Shown piece by piece: positions 16,510 to 25,987 of a stretch of DNA of 39,059 bases (its first letter is position 1; every line of letters begins with the position of its first letter). This DNA is from Bacillota bacterium (GTDB lineage Bacteria; Bacillota; Dethiobacteria; DTU022): positions 1 through 39,059 of the forward strand of contig JAAZIG010000065.1 of NCBI GenBank assembly GCA_012510325.1, in the 5' to 3' direction. Below the pieces are notes generated by a model. That model was not told the origin of the DNA. It saw only the letters and a program-made list of their open reading frames with translations, and did no database searches. A program made the position numbers and the translations under genes.

Positions 16510-18503
16510 GGAAGGGCCGGCGAACGTTTCAGCGGGGGAAACCAGGGCCACCAGAATGAGGGGGTGCAGAGAGAGCACTCCTCTGTGGGTTCAGTTCCGC
16601 TGAGAAAAAGCTCTTCCCGGGGCGGCTGCGGGCAAAAAGGGCTCTGGCGCAACCCCGATTCCGGGCAGAGGGAGCAGCTGACGAGCCCATCGGGGCGTTT
16701 GAAGTCGTCGGGGGCGCTCTCCTGAAGCGCTTTTTCCATAAACCAGGCCCACAGGGGGGCGGCGAGCCCGCCTCCCGATGAAGCGAGAGGTTTCCCGTAG
16801 TCGTCGCCGATATAGATGCCGGCAACTAGCTGCGGGGTGTACCCGATCATATGTGCATTCCTGTTGTCCTGGGAGGTTCCCGATTTGCCGGCGGCGGGCC
16901 GATTCAGGATCGAGCCGGCGGCGCCGGCGGTGCCTCCTTCGGCAAGAACGCCTTTGAGCATGTCGGTGATCAGGTAGGCGATAGCGGGACTCAGCACCTG
17001 CTCCTGCTGCGGTCTGTTTTCCAGCAGGATCCTTCCCTCGGAATCGACAACTTTGCGGATAAGGAAGGGCTTGATCCGGGAACCGCCATTGGCAAAGGGA
17101 GCGAAGGCTGCGGTCAGCTCGAGCAGGGTCACCTCGTTCGTGCCCAGAGGCAGCGACAGGTACGCTTCCAGAGGGCTGGTGATGCCCAGGCGCCGGGCCA
17201 TCTCCGCAGCTTTCTCCCGGCCGATATGGGCATGTACCTTGACCGCCACAATATTGCACGACTTTTCCACCGCTTCGCGAATGGTCAGCTCCCGGTTGTG
17301 AAAGCTGCCGCCGTAATCTGTCGGGGCATAGGGTTCGGGGAGCCCTTCGGTGAACAGGACCTGTTCACAGAGGATCCGGTCGTTAACGGTACAGCCATTT
17401 TCCAGGGCGGCAGCGTACAGAAAGGGTTTAAAGGAGGAGCCCGGGGAGCGCGGAACAGCCGCCCGGTTCAGGCTGCTCTCCTTGAAGTCGCGACCTCCGA
17501 CCAGAGCCTTGACCTGACCGGTGGCCGGATCTATCGCCACCAGCGCGCCCTGGGGCTGGCGAACTCCTCTTTCGTCTGTTGCCTCCCCGGCGATACCGCC
17601 GATGATCTCTTCAGCCAGCTGCTGCATTTCCCGATCGAGGGTGGTATATACTTGGAGGCCGCCGCGGTAGACGGGGCCCAGGTCTCCATCGAAGAGGAGG
17701 GCCAGCTCGGTATTGATCAGGTAGTCCAAAAAATAGGCGGCACTCTCCCCGGCGGACAGCTCATGGAAGAGCAGCGTCTCCTGTAAGGCCTGCTCCTGTT
17801 CCCGGGGGCTGATAAAACCGGCGGAGACCATCTGCGTTAAAACAGTGCGGCGGCGCTGTTCGGCGGCTTCGGGATTCAGCTGAGGGGAGTAATAGGAGGG
17901 GCCCTTGGGCAGGCCGGCCAGAAGGGCCGCTTCGCCCAGGCTGAGCTCGGCGGCACTTTTGCCAAAATAGTTCCGCGCCGCCGCTTCGGCTCCGTAAGCG
18001 AAATGGCCGTAGAATATTGTATTCAGGTACATCTCCAGGATCTCGTCTTTGTTGTACCTGCGCTCCAGGTGGATCGTGTAGAGCGCTTCCTTCAGTTTGC
18101 GCTGCAGCGTGCGTTCGTGGGAAAGGTACAGGTTTTTGGCCAGCTGCTGGGTGATGGTGCTGCCCCCCTGGGCGGTCCGGCCTCTTTTCAGATTGTTGAG
18201 CAGAGCCCGGAGCAGGCCGGCGGGGTCAAATCCCGAGTGCCGGTAAAAACGGCGGTCCTCCACGGCCAGGGTAGCCTCGATCAGATGGTCGGAGATCTGC
18301 TCCAGGGAGATATCGACCCGGTTTTCCTGGTAGCGCACGGCCAGGATCTGATCCCCGCCGTCATAGATGCGGGTGGTTAAAGGTGGTGAGGGTTTCGGAA
18401 GCCGGTCCATCTTTTCGACAGTGTAGACCAGATAACCGAAACTGGCGGATATGCTCAGCAACAAGGCGATAAGGATGATCAAAAGTCCGCGAAAAAGATT
18501 CAT
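16506..18503 (-). CDS. Class A penicillin-binding protein (PBP1A-type transglycosylase/transpeptidase)
   Basis: GT51 motifs EDRRFYRHSGFD, GGSTITQQLAKN and RKLKEA. Transpeptidase motifs SSFKPF (SxxK), SCN and KSGTS. I prefer ATG 18503 (MNLFRGLLIILIALL, GGAGGGGAG SD) over the track start 18674. Confidence 0.9.
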   Translation of the reverse strand: MNLFRGLLIILIALLLSISASFGYLVYTVEKMDRLPKPSPPLTTRIYDGGDQILAVRYQENRVDISLEQISDHLIEATLAVEDRRFYRHSGFDPAGLLRALLNNLKRGRTAQGGSTITQQLAKNLYLSHERTLQRKLKEALYTIHLERRYNKDEILEMYLNTIFYGHFAYGAEAAARNYFGKSAAELSLGEAALLAGLPKGPSYYSPQLNPEAAEQRRRTVLTQMVSAGFISPREQEQALQETLLFHELSAGESAAYFLDYLINTELALLFDGDLGPVYRGGLQVYTTLDREMQQLAEEIIGGIAGEATDERGVRQPQGALVAIDPATGQVKALVGGRDFKESSLNRAAVPRSPGSSFKPFLYAAALENGCTVNDRILCEQVLFTEGLPEPYAPTDYGGSFHNRELTIREAVEKSCNIVAVKVHAHIGREKAAEMARRLGITSPLEAYLSLPLGTNEVTLLELTAAFAPFANGGSRIKPFLIRKVVDSEGRILLENRPQQEQVLSPAIAYLITDMLKGVLAEGGTAGAAGSILNRPAAGKSGTSQDNRNAHMIGYTPQLVAGIYIGDDYGKPLASSGGGLAAPLWAWFMEKALQESAPDDFKRPDGLVSCSLCPESGLRQSPFCPQPPREELFLSGTEPTEECSLCTPSFWWPWFPPLKRSPALP

Positions 18504-18957
18504 CGCTGCTCCCCTCCATCTCTGTATAAGGTTTACTGAACAGATAGTATGGTCCAAAGTGCCGATATTCATTAGAACAGGATAGATTTTCAATAGCCAG
18601 GCAGGAAATAAAAAGTTGGTCGCGAATATAGTGATCGTAAAGAGGCGTTGGCCGCGGCGGCAGGCCCCGGCCATCGATGCTGCGCCCGGAATAAATTATC
18701 CTCAAAAAGATCATAATTTTTCATAAGAAAGGTATTGGCCCCCCCGGTAAAACTGCACGCAATTCCTGTGGTTAAGTATGGATCGCCGCTCGCTTATTCC
18801 GGTTGCCTCCGGAACAGCCCCCGGTGCTCCGATCGCCCCTGCAGCTGCACCGGTTTGCACTGATAATTGCCCAATAAGTGATTCCCCGGAGCCGCTCAGG
18901 CAGCGGAACCATCCGGGGTAGCGACAATAGATCAAGAATAAAGGTGGTGTCAGCAAA

Positions 18958-20241
18958 TTGGATCCCAGTCAGTTAAAATCAATAACCCTAAACGAGCTCC
19001 GCCGCTTGGCCAGAGAGAAGGCCATCCGGGGTCATTCGACCATGCGCAAGCAGGAGCTGATCGACGCTTTGACCAGGGCGCTTGCATCTGAAGACTCTGT
19101 CGTTGAGGAGAGCGGGCCCGGGGAGCCGGAAAAAGAGTACGACAGCGCTTCCGGTCTCCTGGAGATCATGAACGACGGCTTCGGTTTCCTGCGCCGTTAT
19201 AAATATTGTTATTCCGACGACGATATTTATATCTCCGCATCGCAGATCCGCCGGTTCAATTTACGAACCGGGGATTTGGTCTACGGAAAAATCAGGCCGC
19301 CGAAAGATAATGAGAGATATTTTGCGCTGCTGCAGGTTGAATCGATCAACGACGTCAAGCCGGAATCATTCTCCCGGCGGCCGGCATTTACCTCGCTCAT
19401 TCCGATACATCCCCGTGAGGCCATGCGCATGGAAACAGAGCCCCATGTTCTTGCGACGAGGATTATCGATCTGCTCATTCCCATCGGTAAAGGGCAGCGG
19501 GGTTTAATCGTTTCCCCTCCCAAAGCGGGCAAGACCATCCTGTTGAAGCAGCTGGCCAACAGCATCTCCACCAATCATCCCGAGGTGGAGATGATTATCC
19601 TGCTCGTTGACGAGCGTCCGGAAGAGGTCACCGATATGGAGCGCAGCGTCAAGGCCGATGTGGCCAGCTCCACTTTCGATCAGCGGCCGGAAAATCATAT
19701 TCGCATCTCCGAGCTGGTTCTGGAAAGGGCGCAGCGCCTCGTCGAGCAGGGCCGTGATGTGGCCATCCTGCTGGACAGTATCACCCGCCTGGCCCGGGCC
19801 TACAATCTGGTGATCCCCCCAAGCGGACGCACCCTTTCAGGGGGGATTGACCCGGCGGCGTTTTATAAGCCGAAGCGCTTTTTCGGAGCGGCGCGAAATA
19901 TTGACGGCGGCGGCAGCCTGACCATCATCGCCACCGCTCTCATCGACACGGGCAGCCGGATGGACGATGTGATCTACGAGGAGTTCAAGGGGACCGGCAA
20001 TATGGAGCTGCATCTTGATCGCAAGATCTCCGAGCGCAGAATATTCCCGGCCATCGATATCTCCCGCTCCGGCACGCGCCGCGAGGAGCTGCTGCTCGAT
20101 GAGCGAAAGATTGAGCTCATGTGGGCGCTGCGGCGGGCGATGGGGAACACGCAAAACGTGGAATTTCTGGAGATGCTTTTCGACAGGCTAAAGAAGACCA
20201 AGGATAACGAGGACTTCCTGAATAACATGTACACTTTCTAG
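18958..20241 (+). CDS. rho: Transcription termination factor Rho
   Basis: 427 aa. N-terminal [16 protein letters not shown]-binding GFGFLR, Walker [33 protein letters not shown] start after an AAAGGTGGTG SD. Confidence 0.95.
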   Translation: MDPSQLKSITLNELRRLAREKAIRGHSTMRKQELIDALTRALASEDSVVEESGPGEPEKEYDSASGLLEIMNDGFGFLRRYKYCYSDDDIYISASQIRRFNLRTGDLVYGKIRPPKDNERYFALLQVESINDVKPESFSRRPAFTSLIPIHPREAMRMETEPHVLATRIIDLLIPIGKGQRGLIVSPPKAGKTILLKQLANSISTNHPEVEMIILLVDERPEEVTDMERSVKADVASSTFDQRPENHIRISELVLERAQRLVEQGRDVAILLDSITRLARAYNLVIPPSGRTLSGGIDPAAFYKPKRFFGAARNIDGGGSLTIIATALIDTGSRMDDVIYEEFKGTGNMELHLDRKISERRIFPAIDISRSGTRREELLLDERKIELMWALRRAMGNTQNVEFLEMLFDRLKKTKDNEDFLNNMYTF

Positions 20242-20273
20242 GCCCAGTCCGGCAACCGGAGAAAATAAACTGC

Positions 20274-20298
20274 GGGGCGATCCCCTTCGCCCCGGTTT
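20274..20298 (+). terminator. Possible weak terminator hairpin after rho
   Basis: GGGGCGA-TCCCCT-TCGCCCC (7-bp stem) followed by GGTTT. The U-tract is poor. Confidence 0.25.
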
Positions 20299-20416
20299 CC
20301 CGACTGGATTCAGCCCGGCAGGGCCGCTGATTGACCCCCTCCAGGTGGCGCGTGAATAAATTTGTCTCCTGAACAGCACAATATGGTTCAATCTGCTGTC
20401 AGAGGAGGCTATCAGG

Positions 20417-21286
20417 ATGTCAACTTTCGCGCAAGCGGTTGTGGCAGTGCTCATTGCCGGGCTTGCCTGGTGCGGCCCCGCCGGGAAAGTTAAGGCCGGG
20501 GCTCAGGATGCTCAGGAAGAGGCGGGCGAAGTCCCCTTATATTATCTGCAGCTGCGGGATTTTACCGCTCTCCTTGAAGAGAGGGCTCTCCGGCCGAAAA
20601 TATTGGAATATACGGTTCAGCCGGGAGACTGCCTCTACACGATTGCCCAACAATTCGGAACCGATGTGGAGACGCTGGTCCACCTGAATGAAATCTCCCG
20701 GCGCAACCTGATTTACCCCGGTGACCGCCTGGAGATTCTGACTGTGGTCGGCTGTGTTCATGATGTGGAAGAGGGTGACACGGTGCCGGCCATCGCCCGG
20801 ACCTACGGGGTGCATGAGGGAGCGATCCTGCAGGCCAATGAGATCGGCATCCCTGCAGCTCTGCACCGCGGAGAGCGGATCATCGTCCCCGGCGGTGTTG
20901 TCTCCCGCGCTCCGGGACAGCCGGTTTTTCGCTGGCCCCTGCAGGGCGTTTTGACCTCGGGGTTTGGCTGGCGCAAGGGAAAATTTCATTACGGAATCGA
21001 TATCGCCGCCGCCTATGGCACCGCGTTCTACGCCGCCGCAGGCGGCCGCGTTACCTGCGCCGGATACCGGGGCGGCTACGGCATCATGATCGAGGTGGAG
21101 CACGGCGCCGGTTTCCGGACCCGTTACGGCCATGCCTCCAAGAGCGCGGTCTCAGCGGGGCAGCAGGTCAGGCCCGGCCAGGTCCTGGGCTATGTCGGCC
21201 TCACCGGCAACACCACTGGGCCGCACCTGCATTTTGAAATCCACGAGGGCGAGCAGCGGGTTGATCCGCTCACCCTGCTGGACTGA
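20417..21286 (+). CDS. Secreted peptidoglycan endopeptidase with two LysM domains and an M23 domain
   Basis: 289 aa with a signal-like N-terminus. LysM repeats YTVQPGDCLYTIAQQFG and HDVEEGDTVPAIARTYG. M23 motifs HYGIDIAAAYGT, YGHAS and GPHLHFEIH are intact. Confidence 0.88.
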   Translation: MSTFAQAVVAVLIAGLAWCGPAGKVKAGAQDAQEEAGEVPLYYLQLRDFTALLEERALRPKILEYTVQPGDCLYTIAQQFGTDVETLVHLNEISRRNLIYPGDRLEILTVVGCVHDVEEGDTVPAIARTYGVHEGAILQANEIGIPAALHRGERIIVPGGVVSRAPGQPVFRWPLQGVLTSGFGWRKGKFHYGIDIAAAYGTAFYAAAGGRVTCAGYRGGYGIMIEVEHGAGFRTRYGHASKSAVSAGQQVRPGQVLGYVGLTGNTTGPHLHFEIHEGEQRVDPLTLLD

Positions 21287-21356
21287 ACCCGGCCGCTTCC
21301 TTCCCCCGGCGGACACGCCCGCTCTTCCCCCTGAGGCTCTTCGCACCGGTCAGGCC

Positions 21357-21378
21357 GTGCCTTGTTCGTGCCTTGTTC
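21357..21378. repeat. Perfect tandem duplication, 2 x 11 bp GTGCCTTGTTC
   Basis: Copies at 21357-21367 and 21368-21378 are identical. Intergenic, upstream of the rpmE promoter candidate. Confidence 0.9.
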
Positions 21379-21402
21379 TTCAGCGGAAATAATCCGGTTT
21401 TG

Positions 21403-21431
21403 TTGCGCGATAAATGAGGTTGTGCTATTAT
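21403..21431 (+). promoter_or_regulatory. Candidate sigma-A promoter for rpmE with an extended -10
   Basis: TTGCGC (21403-21408), 17-nt spacer, TGcTATTAT (TATTAT at 21426-21431). About 38 nt upstream of the rpmE start. Confidence 0.4.
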
Positions 21432-21468
21432 CTAGTTCTGGAAATGAAGTTTGGGAGGTGTCTTACTG

Positions 21469-21669
21469 GTGAAAGAGAATATTCATCCCCGCTACTTTCG
21501 CACGAAGCTGACCTGTGCCTGCGGGGAGTCCTTTGAAATCGGCTCCACCAGGGAGAACTTGAAAGTGGAGATCTGCTCCAAATGTCATCCTTTCTTTACG
21601 GGAAAACAAAAATTTGTTGATACCGGCGGCCGGGTAGAAAGGTTCAAGCGGAAGTACGGTCTTGAGTAA
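21469..21669 (+). CDS. rpmE: 50S ribosomal protein L31 (zinc-binding type A)
   Basis: [62 protein letters not shown], with the CxC...CxxC zinc motif. GTG 21469 is 10 nt after GGGAGG. The track start TTG 21451 overlaps that SD. Confidence 0.92.
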   Translation: MKENIHPRYFRTKLTCACGESFEIGSTRENLKVEICSKCHPFFTGKQKFVDTGGRVERFKRKYGLE

Positions 21670-21708
21670 AACGGGGCTCTCCATCCGGGTCTTGGGAGGA
21701 ATGCCGGG

Positions 21709-22629
21709 ATGAATCAGCCGCAGCTGGTCGGTGGTCAGGCCGTTCTGGAAGGGGTGATGATGCGCTGCCAGGACCGCATCGCCATCGCCTGTCGGCGCAG
21801 CGACAACAGTATCAGCCTCATCTCGGAGCAGGTTACTCCTCTGGCCCGTCGTTACCCCGTCCTCGGTTGGCCGGTGCTTCGGGGTGCGGTCGTTTTTTTT
21901 GAATCTTTGATCATCGGTGTGCGCGCCCTGAATCTTTCAGCAGCGGAAGCGCTTCACGAAGAAGGGGAAGAGATCGAGAGCTGGCAGTCCTTTCTCGTTG
22001 TGCTCCTCGGACTGGGGCTGGGGGTTGCTCTTTTCTTTATTCTTCCCACGTACCTGGCCAGGCTCGCTCCGCAGGGACTTCATCCCGTGGTGCTCAATCT
22101 GGTGGAGGGGCTCTTCCGGCTGGCCATATTTTTGCTCTATCTGTTTTTGGTGACGCGCTGGAGCGAGATGAAGCGTGTCTTTGCCTATCACGGCGCCGAG
22201 CATAAAGCGATCTTCTGTTTTGAAGCGGGCGAGCCTCTCCGGGTGGAGAAGGCGCAGCAGTACAGCACCCTGCACCCCCGCTGCGGAACCAGCTTTCTGC
22301 TCCTGGTCATGGTTTTAAGCATTTTGCTTTTCTCCTTTTTTGGCTGGCCTTCCCTGCTGCAGCGTATCGCCACCCGGCTGCTGCTGCTGCCGCTCGTCGC
22401 CGGGCTCTCCTACGAGGTGATCCGGCTGACTGCGCGGAGCCGCTCGCCGCTGCTCAACCTGCTGGTGCGGCCGGGGTTGTGGTTGCAGCGGATGACCACG
22501 GCTGAGCCGGACAACGGCCAGGTGGAGGTGGCTCTCTGCGCCTTGAAAGCGGTGCTCTCTCCGGAGATGCCGGAAGCGGCACCGGAAAATATTACGGTTG
22601 ATTGCCCCGGGGTGAACAGCAATGTTTAA
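21709..22629 (+). CDS. DUF1385 family membrane protein (commonly linked to prfA/prmC)
   Basis: 306 aa. [12 protein letters not shown] and [10 protein letters not shown] motifs with several TM segments. Overlaps the prfA start by 8 nt. Confidence 0.8.
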   Translation: MNQPQLVGGQAVLEGVMMRCQDRIAIACRRSDNSISLISEQVTPLARRYPVLGWPVLRGAVVFFESLIIGVRALNLSAAEALHEEGEEIESWQSFLVVLLGLGLGVALFFILPTYLARLAPQGLHPVVLNLVEGLFRLAIFLLYLFLVTRWSEMKRVFAYHGAEHKAIFCFEAGEPLRVEKAQQYSTLHPRCGTSFLLLVMVLSILLFSFFGWPSLLQRIATRLLLLPLVAGLSYEVIRLTARSRSPLLNLLVRPGLWLQRMTTAEPDNGQVEVALCALKAVLSPEMPEAAPENITVDCPGVNSNV

Positions 22630-23692
22630 ACAGATGGCTCTTGCGGAAGAGCGCTATAATGAATTGACGGCGTTGCTCAGCGATCCGGAGATACTGGGCC
22701 GGCAGGAAGAGTGGCAGCGCTATTCCCGGGAGCTGGCTGCGCTGACGCTGCCGGTCGAGCTGTACCGCCGTTATCGCGAGCTCGAAAAGGAGCTGGCCGA
22801 TGCCCGCGAGCTGCTGGCGGAAGAGGATGACAGAGAGCTTTCTGAATTTTTGGAGGAGGAGAGTGCCCGGCTGACGGAAGAGATCGGGAAGCTCTCCCGA
22901 AAGCTGAAAGAACATCTGCTGCCGCAGGATCCCCGGGATGGGAAAAACGTTTTTCTCGAGATCCGGGCCGGTACCGGAGGCGAAGAGGCCGCTCTTTTTG
23001 CCGCCGCACTCTTGAGGATGTACAGCCGCTACGCCGAGCAGAGAGGCTGGAAGGTGGAGCTGATCGATGTTCATGCCACCGATATCGGCGGTTTCAAGGA
23101 GGTTGTCGCCGGAATTGTGGGCAAAGGTGTCTTCAGCCGTCTGAAATACGAAAGCGGGGTGCACCGGGTTCAGCGGATCCCGGCGACAGAATCGGCCGGG
23201 CGCATCCACACTTCCGCCGCCACCGTGGCCGTGCTGCCCGAAGTGGAAGAAGTTGAGGTGGAGATCAATCCGCAGGAGCTGCGGATTGATACCTTCTGCT
23301 CCACCGGTCCGGGAGGGCAGAGTGTGAATACGACCCAGTCCGCCGTCCGGGTGACCCATCTGCCGAGCGGTTTGGTGGTTACCTGCCAGGATGAAAAATC
23401 CCAGCTGCGCAACAGGGAGAAAGCGCTCCGGGTGATGCGCAGCAGGCTGGCGGATCAGCATGCCGCCGAGCAGGCGGCGGAGATGGCCGAGGCCCGGCGC
23501 TCCCAGATCGGCAGCGGCGATCGCAGCGAGCGCATCCGCACTTACAATTTCCCCCAAAACCGCGTTACCGATCACCGCATCGGGCTGACCTTGCACCAGC
23601 TTGAGCAGACCCTTGACGGCGAGCTCGATCCCATCATCGACGAGCTCACCGCCTCGGCGAAAGCGGAGCAGCTGGAAAGCGCCGGCGAGTGA
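22622..23692 (+). CDS. prfA: Peptide chain release factor 1
   Basis: 356 aa. PAT tripeptide in QRIPATES (RF1-specific) and GGQ in [10 protein letters not shown]. Confidence 0.96.
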   Translation: MFKQMALAEERYNELTALLSDPEILGRQEEWQRYSRELAALTLPVELYRRYRELEKELADARELLAEEDDRELSEFLEEESARLTEEIGKLSRKLKEHLLPQDPRDGKNVFLEIRAGTGGEEAALFAAALLRMYSRYAEQRGWKVELIDVHATDIGGFKEVVAGIVGKGVFSRLKYESGVHRVQRIPATESAGRIHTSAATVAVLPEVEEVEVEINPQELRIDTFCSTGPGGQSVNTTQSAVRVTHLPSGLVVTCQDEKSQLRNREKALRVMRSRLADQHAAEQAAEMAEARRSQIGSGDRSERIRTYNFPQNRVTDHRIGLTLHQLEQTLDGELDPIIDELTASAKAEQLESAGE

Positions 23693-24573
23693 GCACAATG
23701 GCCCGCCCAGAGAGCACCATAGAGGAGGCTTTGCGAAAAGCCTCTTTTCGGTTGCGGGAAGCCGGTATTGAACGGGCCCGCGATGAGGCGGAATATCTGC
23801 TCCTTTCCCTGTGGGAAGGGGATCGGCTGAAACTTTTTTTGCAGCGCTCTGCGCTTCTGGAGAGCGCTCTGGCCGGTGCATTCCGGACTGCCGTTGAAAG
23901 GCGCGCCCGCGGAGAGCCGCTGGCCTACATCACCGGGGAAAAAGAGTTCTACGGGCTAAACTTCACCGTAAATCGAAAGGTGCTGATCCCCCGCCCGGAA
24001 AGCGAGCTTCTCGTCGACGCTGTTCTCGAGTGGGCCCGCCCGAAAAAAGAGGCGATCCGGGGGGTTGATCTGGGCTGCGGCAGCGGTAATCTCGTGGTTA
24101 CGCTGGCCCACCATCTTCCGGAAGCCCGTTTTTATGCGGTCGATCTTTCCCCGGAGGCGTTAACTCTGGCCGAGGCCAATGCCCGGCGGCACGGTGTGGA
24201 AAAAAGGGTTCATTTCATCCGGGGTGATTTTCTGGAGGCCTTCACGGCTCTGGAGCAGCCGCCCCGGTTCAACTTGATCGTCTCCAATCCGCCGTATCTG
24301 CGGACAGAAGAGCTGGAGCAGCTCCCCCGAACAATCCGCGAATACGAGCCCTCTCTTGCCCTTGACGGCGGCCCCGACGGTCTGGAGGCCTATCGGAATA
24401 TCCTTGCGGCGCTGCCCCGCTTTCTCAGAGCACCGGGAATGCTGGCCCTGGAGATCGGTGCAACCCAGAAAGGCGCACTCCTCTCTCTCTGCCGGGGGCT
24501 CTCTCTTTTCCGCCGGCTTACTCTGCAAAACGATTATCAGGATCTCCCCCGCATTTTAACGGGGCTATTTTAG
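23689..24573 (+). CDS. prmC: Release-factor glutamine N5-methyltransferase PrmC/HemK
   Basis: 294 aa. SAM motif DLGCGSGNL and catalytic NPPY in [12 protein letters not shown] overlap with the prfA stop. Confidence 0.9.
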   Translation: MSTMARPESTIEEALRKASFRLREAGIERARDEAEYLLLSLWEGDRLKLFLQRSALLESALAGAFRTAVERRARGEPLAYITGEKEFYGLNFTVNRKVLIPRPESELLVDAVLEWARPKKEAIRGVDLGCGSGNLVVTLAHHLPEARFYAVDLSPEALTLAEANARRHGVEKRVHFIRGDFLEAFTALEQPPRFNLIVSNPPYLRTEELEQLPRTIREYEPSLALDGGPDGLEAYRNILAALPRFLRAPGMLALEIGATQKGALLSLCRGLSLFRRLTLQNDYQDLPRILTGLF

Positions 24574-24984
24574 CTTTTCCCCCGTCGAGGTGGCGGTGAG
24601 GCGGCCGTGGATGACCCCTTTGATCGCCAGAAGGCGGTTGGCGACATCCTTCGCTTCACCGGCAGGCCCTTTTATGAGCAGGACCTCGAGGCAGCGGTCG
24701 TGGGCCAGGTGCACATGCATCGTCGAGACGATGAGCTCCACATAATCGTGCTGCAGCTCCAGGAGGAGATCGTTTAACCCCCGGACATGGTGATCGTAGA
24801 CCAGGGTAATTGTCCCGGCAACCTCCTCATCATCGTTGGACCACTCCATCTCGACCAGCTGATTGCGGATCAGGTCCCGGATTGCCTCTGAACGGTTGGC
24901 ATATCCTTTCAGCACAATTTTTCGATCAAAGGACTCGAGCAGCTCCCGGTCTATGGAAACCCCAAAGCGAACTATTTGCCCCAT
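24565..24984 (-). CDS. nikR: Nickel-responsive transcriptional regulator NikR (ribbon-helix-helix plus ACT-like metal domain)
   Basis: 139 aa. RHH N-terminus VRFGVSIDRELLESFD...GYANRSEAIRDLIR. Metal-site pattern YDHH...HVHLAHDRCLEVLLIKG (HxH-x5-C). Confidence 0.85.
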   Translation of the reverse strand: MGQIVRFGVSIDRELLESFDRKIVLKGYANRSEAIRDLIRNQLVEMEWSNDDEEVAGTITLVYDHHVRGLNDLLLELQHDYVELIVSTMHVHLAHDRCLEVLLIKGPAGEAKDVANRLLAIKGVIHGRLTATSTGEKLK

Positions 24985-25070
24985 ATGGATCCCCCTTCAC
25001 AGGTATCTTGGTGATGCCGCAAAAGAAAAGAGAGCAGGTTCTGTTCCCCCCCCGCTGAGAAGACAACTTA

Positions 25071-25079
25071 ATTATAACA
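25071..25079 (-). promoter_or_regulatory. Candidate extended -10 (TGtTATAAT on the minus strand) for nikR
   Basis: Plus-strand ATTATAACA at 25071-25079 reads TGTTATAAT on the minus strand, about 87 nt upstream of the nikR ATG. It is embedded in the inverted repeat TTAATT-ataac-AATTAA. No good -35. Confidence 0.3.
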
Positions 25080-25133
25080 ATTAACGGCTCTCACCTCCAG
25101 AAAATCCGGCCATGTCTAAAGGAGGCAGTTAAT

Positions 25134-25143
25134 GGCAATAATA
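25134..25143 (+). promoter_or_regulatory. Candidate forespore-type (sigma-F/G-like) -10 element upstream of the sigma gene
   Basis: GGCAATAATA fits the sigma-F -10 pattern GGnnAnAHTR as I recall it. It lies 20 nt upstream of ATG 25163. No convincing -35. Confidence 0.25.
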
Positions 25144-25162
25144 GAGGTGAGGGGGGAGAAGC

Positions 25163-25987
25163 ATGTTACAGAACAGGGTTCAGCTCAGCGGGGTCAACAC
25201 CTATCAGCTGGCCGTTCTCTCCACCGGGGAGATGAAAGAGCTGTTCTGCAGGGTAAAACAGGGTGATTCCGGAGCCCGCGAAGCCCTTGTCCGGGGCAAT
25301 CTGCGTTTGGTGTTAAGTATCCTGCAGCGCTTTAAAAACCGGGGAGAACCGCTGGACGATCTATTTCAGGTCGGCTGTATCGGGCTGCTCAAGGCCATCG
25401 ATAATTTTCAACTAGAGCACGGCGTGAACTTTTCCACTTATGCGGTGCCGATGATCATCGGCGAGATCAAGCGCTATCTTCGGGATAACAACAGTATCCA
25501 TATCAGCCGTTCGATCAAGGGTCTCTCGCACAGGGTGCTCCAGACCAGGGAGAAGCTGTTGAAAGAGAATCACCGGGAGCCGGGTCTCAGCGAGATCGCC
25601 GCGGCGATGGAGCTGACCGTGGAAGAGGTTGTCTTTGCCTTTAACGCCGCTCTGGAGCCGCTTTCACTCTACGACCCTGTTTTCTCTGACAGCACCGATC
25701 CCGTCTATGTGATGGATCTGATCAGCGATCAGTCTGACAGCACCGATAAATGGCTGGAGAATATCGCTCTCCGGGAGGCGCTGGAGCAGCTCGCTCCCCG
25801 GGAGAGGCAGATTATTGAGGCGCGTTTTTTTGAAGGGAAGACCCAGATGGAGATCGCCGGGCAGGTGGGGATTTCGCAGGCGCAGGTTTCGCGGATCGAA
25901 AAGGCGGCCCTGGAGATGATCCGGCAGCACTACCGCCAGGGGCTCCACCGCGGGGAGAGCGGGAATGAAACAGGAAGCTGCCGCTAA
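25163..25987 (+). CDS. sigG: Sporulation sigma factor of the SigF/SigG group, SigG-like
   Basis: 274 aa. NRVQLSGVNTYQLAVLSTGEMKELF, GNLRLVLSILQRFKNRGEPLDDLFQVGCIGLLKAIDNF, FSTYAVPMIIGEIKRYLRDNNSI and GISQAQVSRIEK track B. subtilis SigG rather than SigF (which has RFLRDDG). About 15 extra C-terminal residues. Confidence 0.8.
   Translation: MLQNRVQLSGVNTYQLAVLSTGEMKELFCRVKQGDSGAREALVRGNLRLVLSILQRFKNRGEPLDDLFQVGCIGLLKAIDNFQLEHGVNFSTYAVPMIIGEIKRYLRDNNSIHISRSIKGLSHRVLQTREKLLKENHREPGLSEIAAAMELTVEEVVFAFNAALEPLSLYDPVFSDSTDPVYVMDLISDQSDSTDKWLENIALREALEQLAPRERQIIEARFFEGKTQMEIAGQVGISQAQVSRIEKAALEMIRQHYRQGLHRGESGNETGSCR

Noticed and set aside
18361-18956. Two minus-strand ORFs (117 and 81 aa) in the PBP1A-rho gap
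   Set aside because: They have no ribosome-binding sites and implausible composition, and one overlaps the PBP1A 5' end. I treated the region as promoter/leader DNA.
20242-20416. Possible c-di-AMP (ydaO-type) riboswitch in front of the LysM/M23 hydrolase, because GCGGGGCGATCCCC and CCCGACTGG are faintly reminiscent
   Set aside because: I could not reproduce the two pseudo-symmetric ACGGGG...CCCA / CCGA halves. The hairpins are equally well explained as the rho 3' end. Only a covariance-model scan could revive this.
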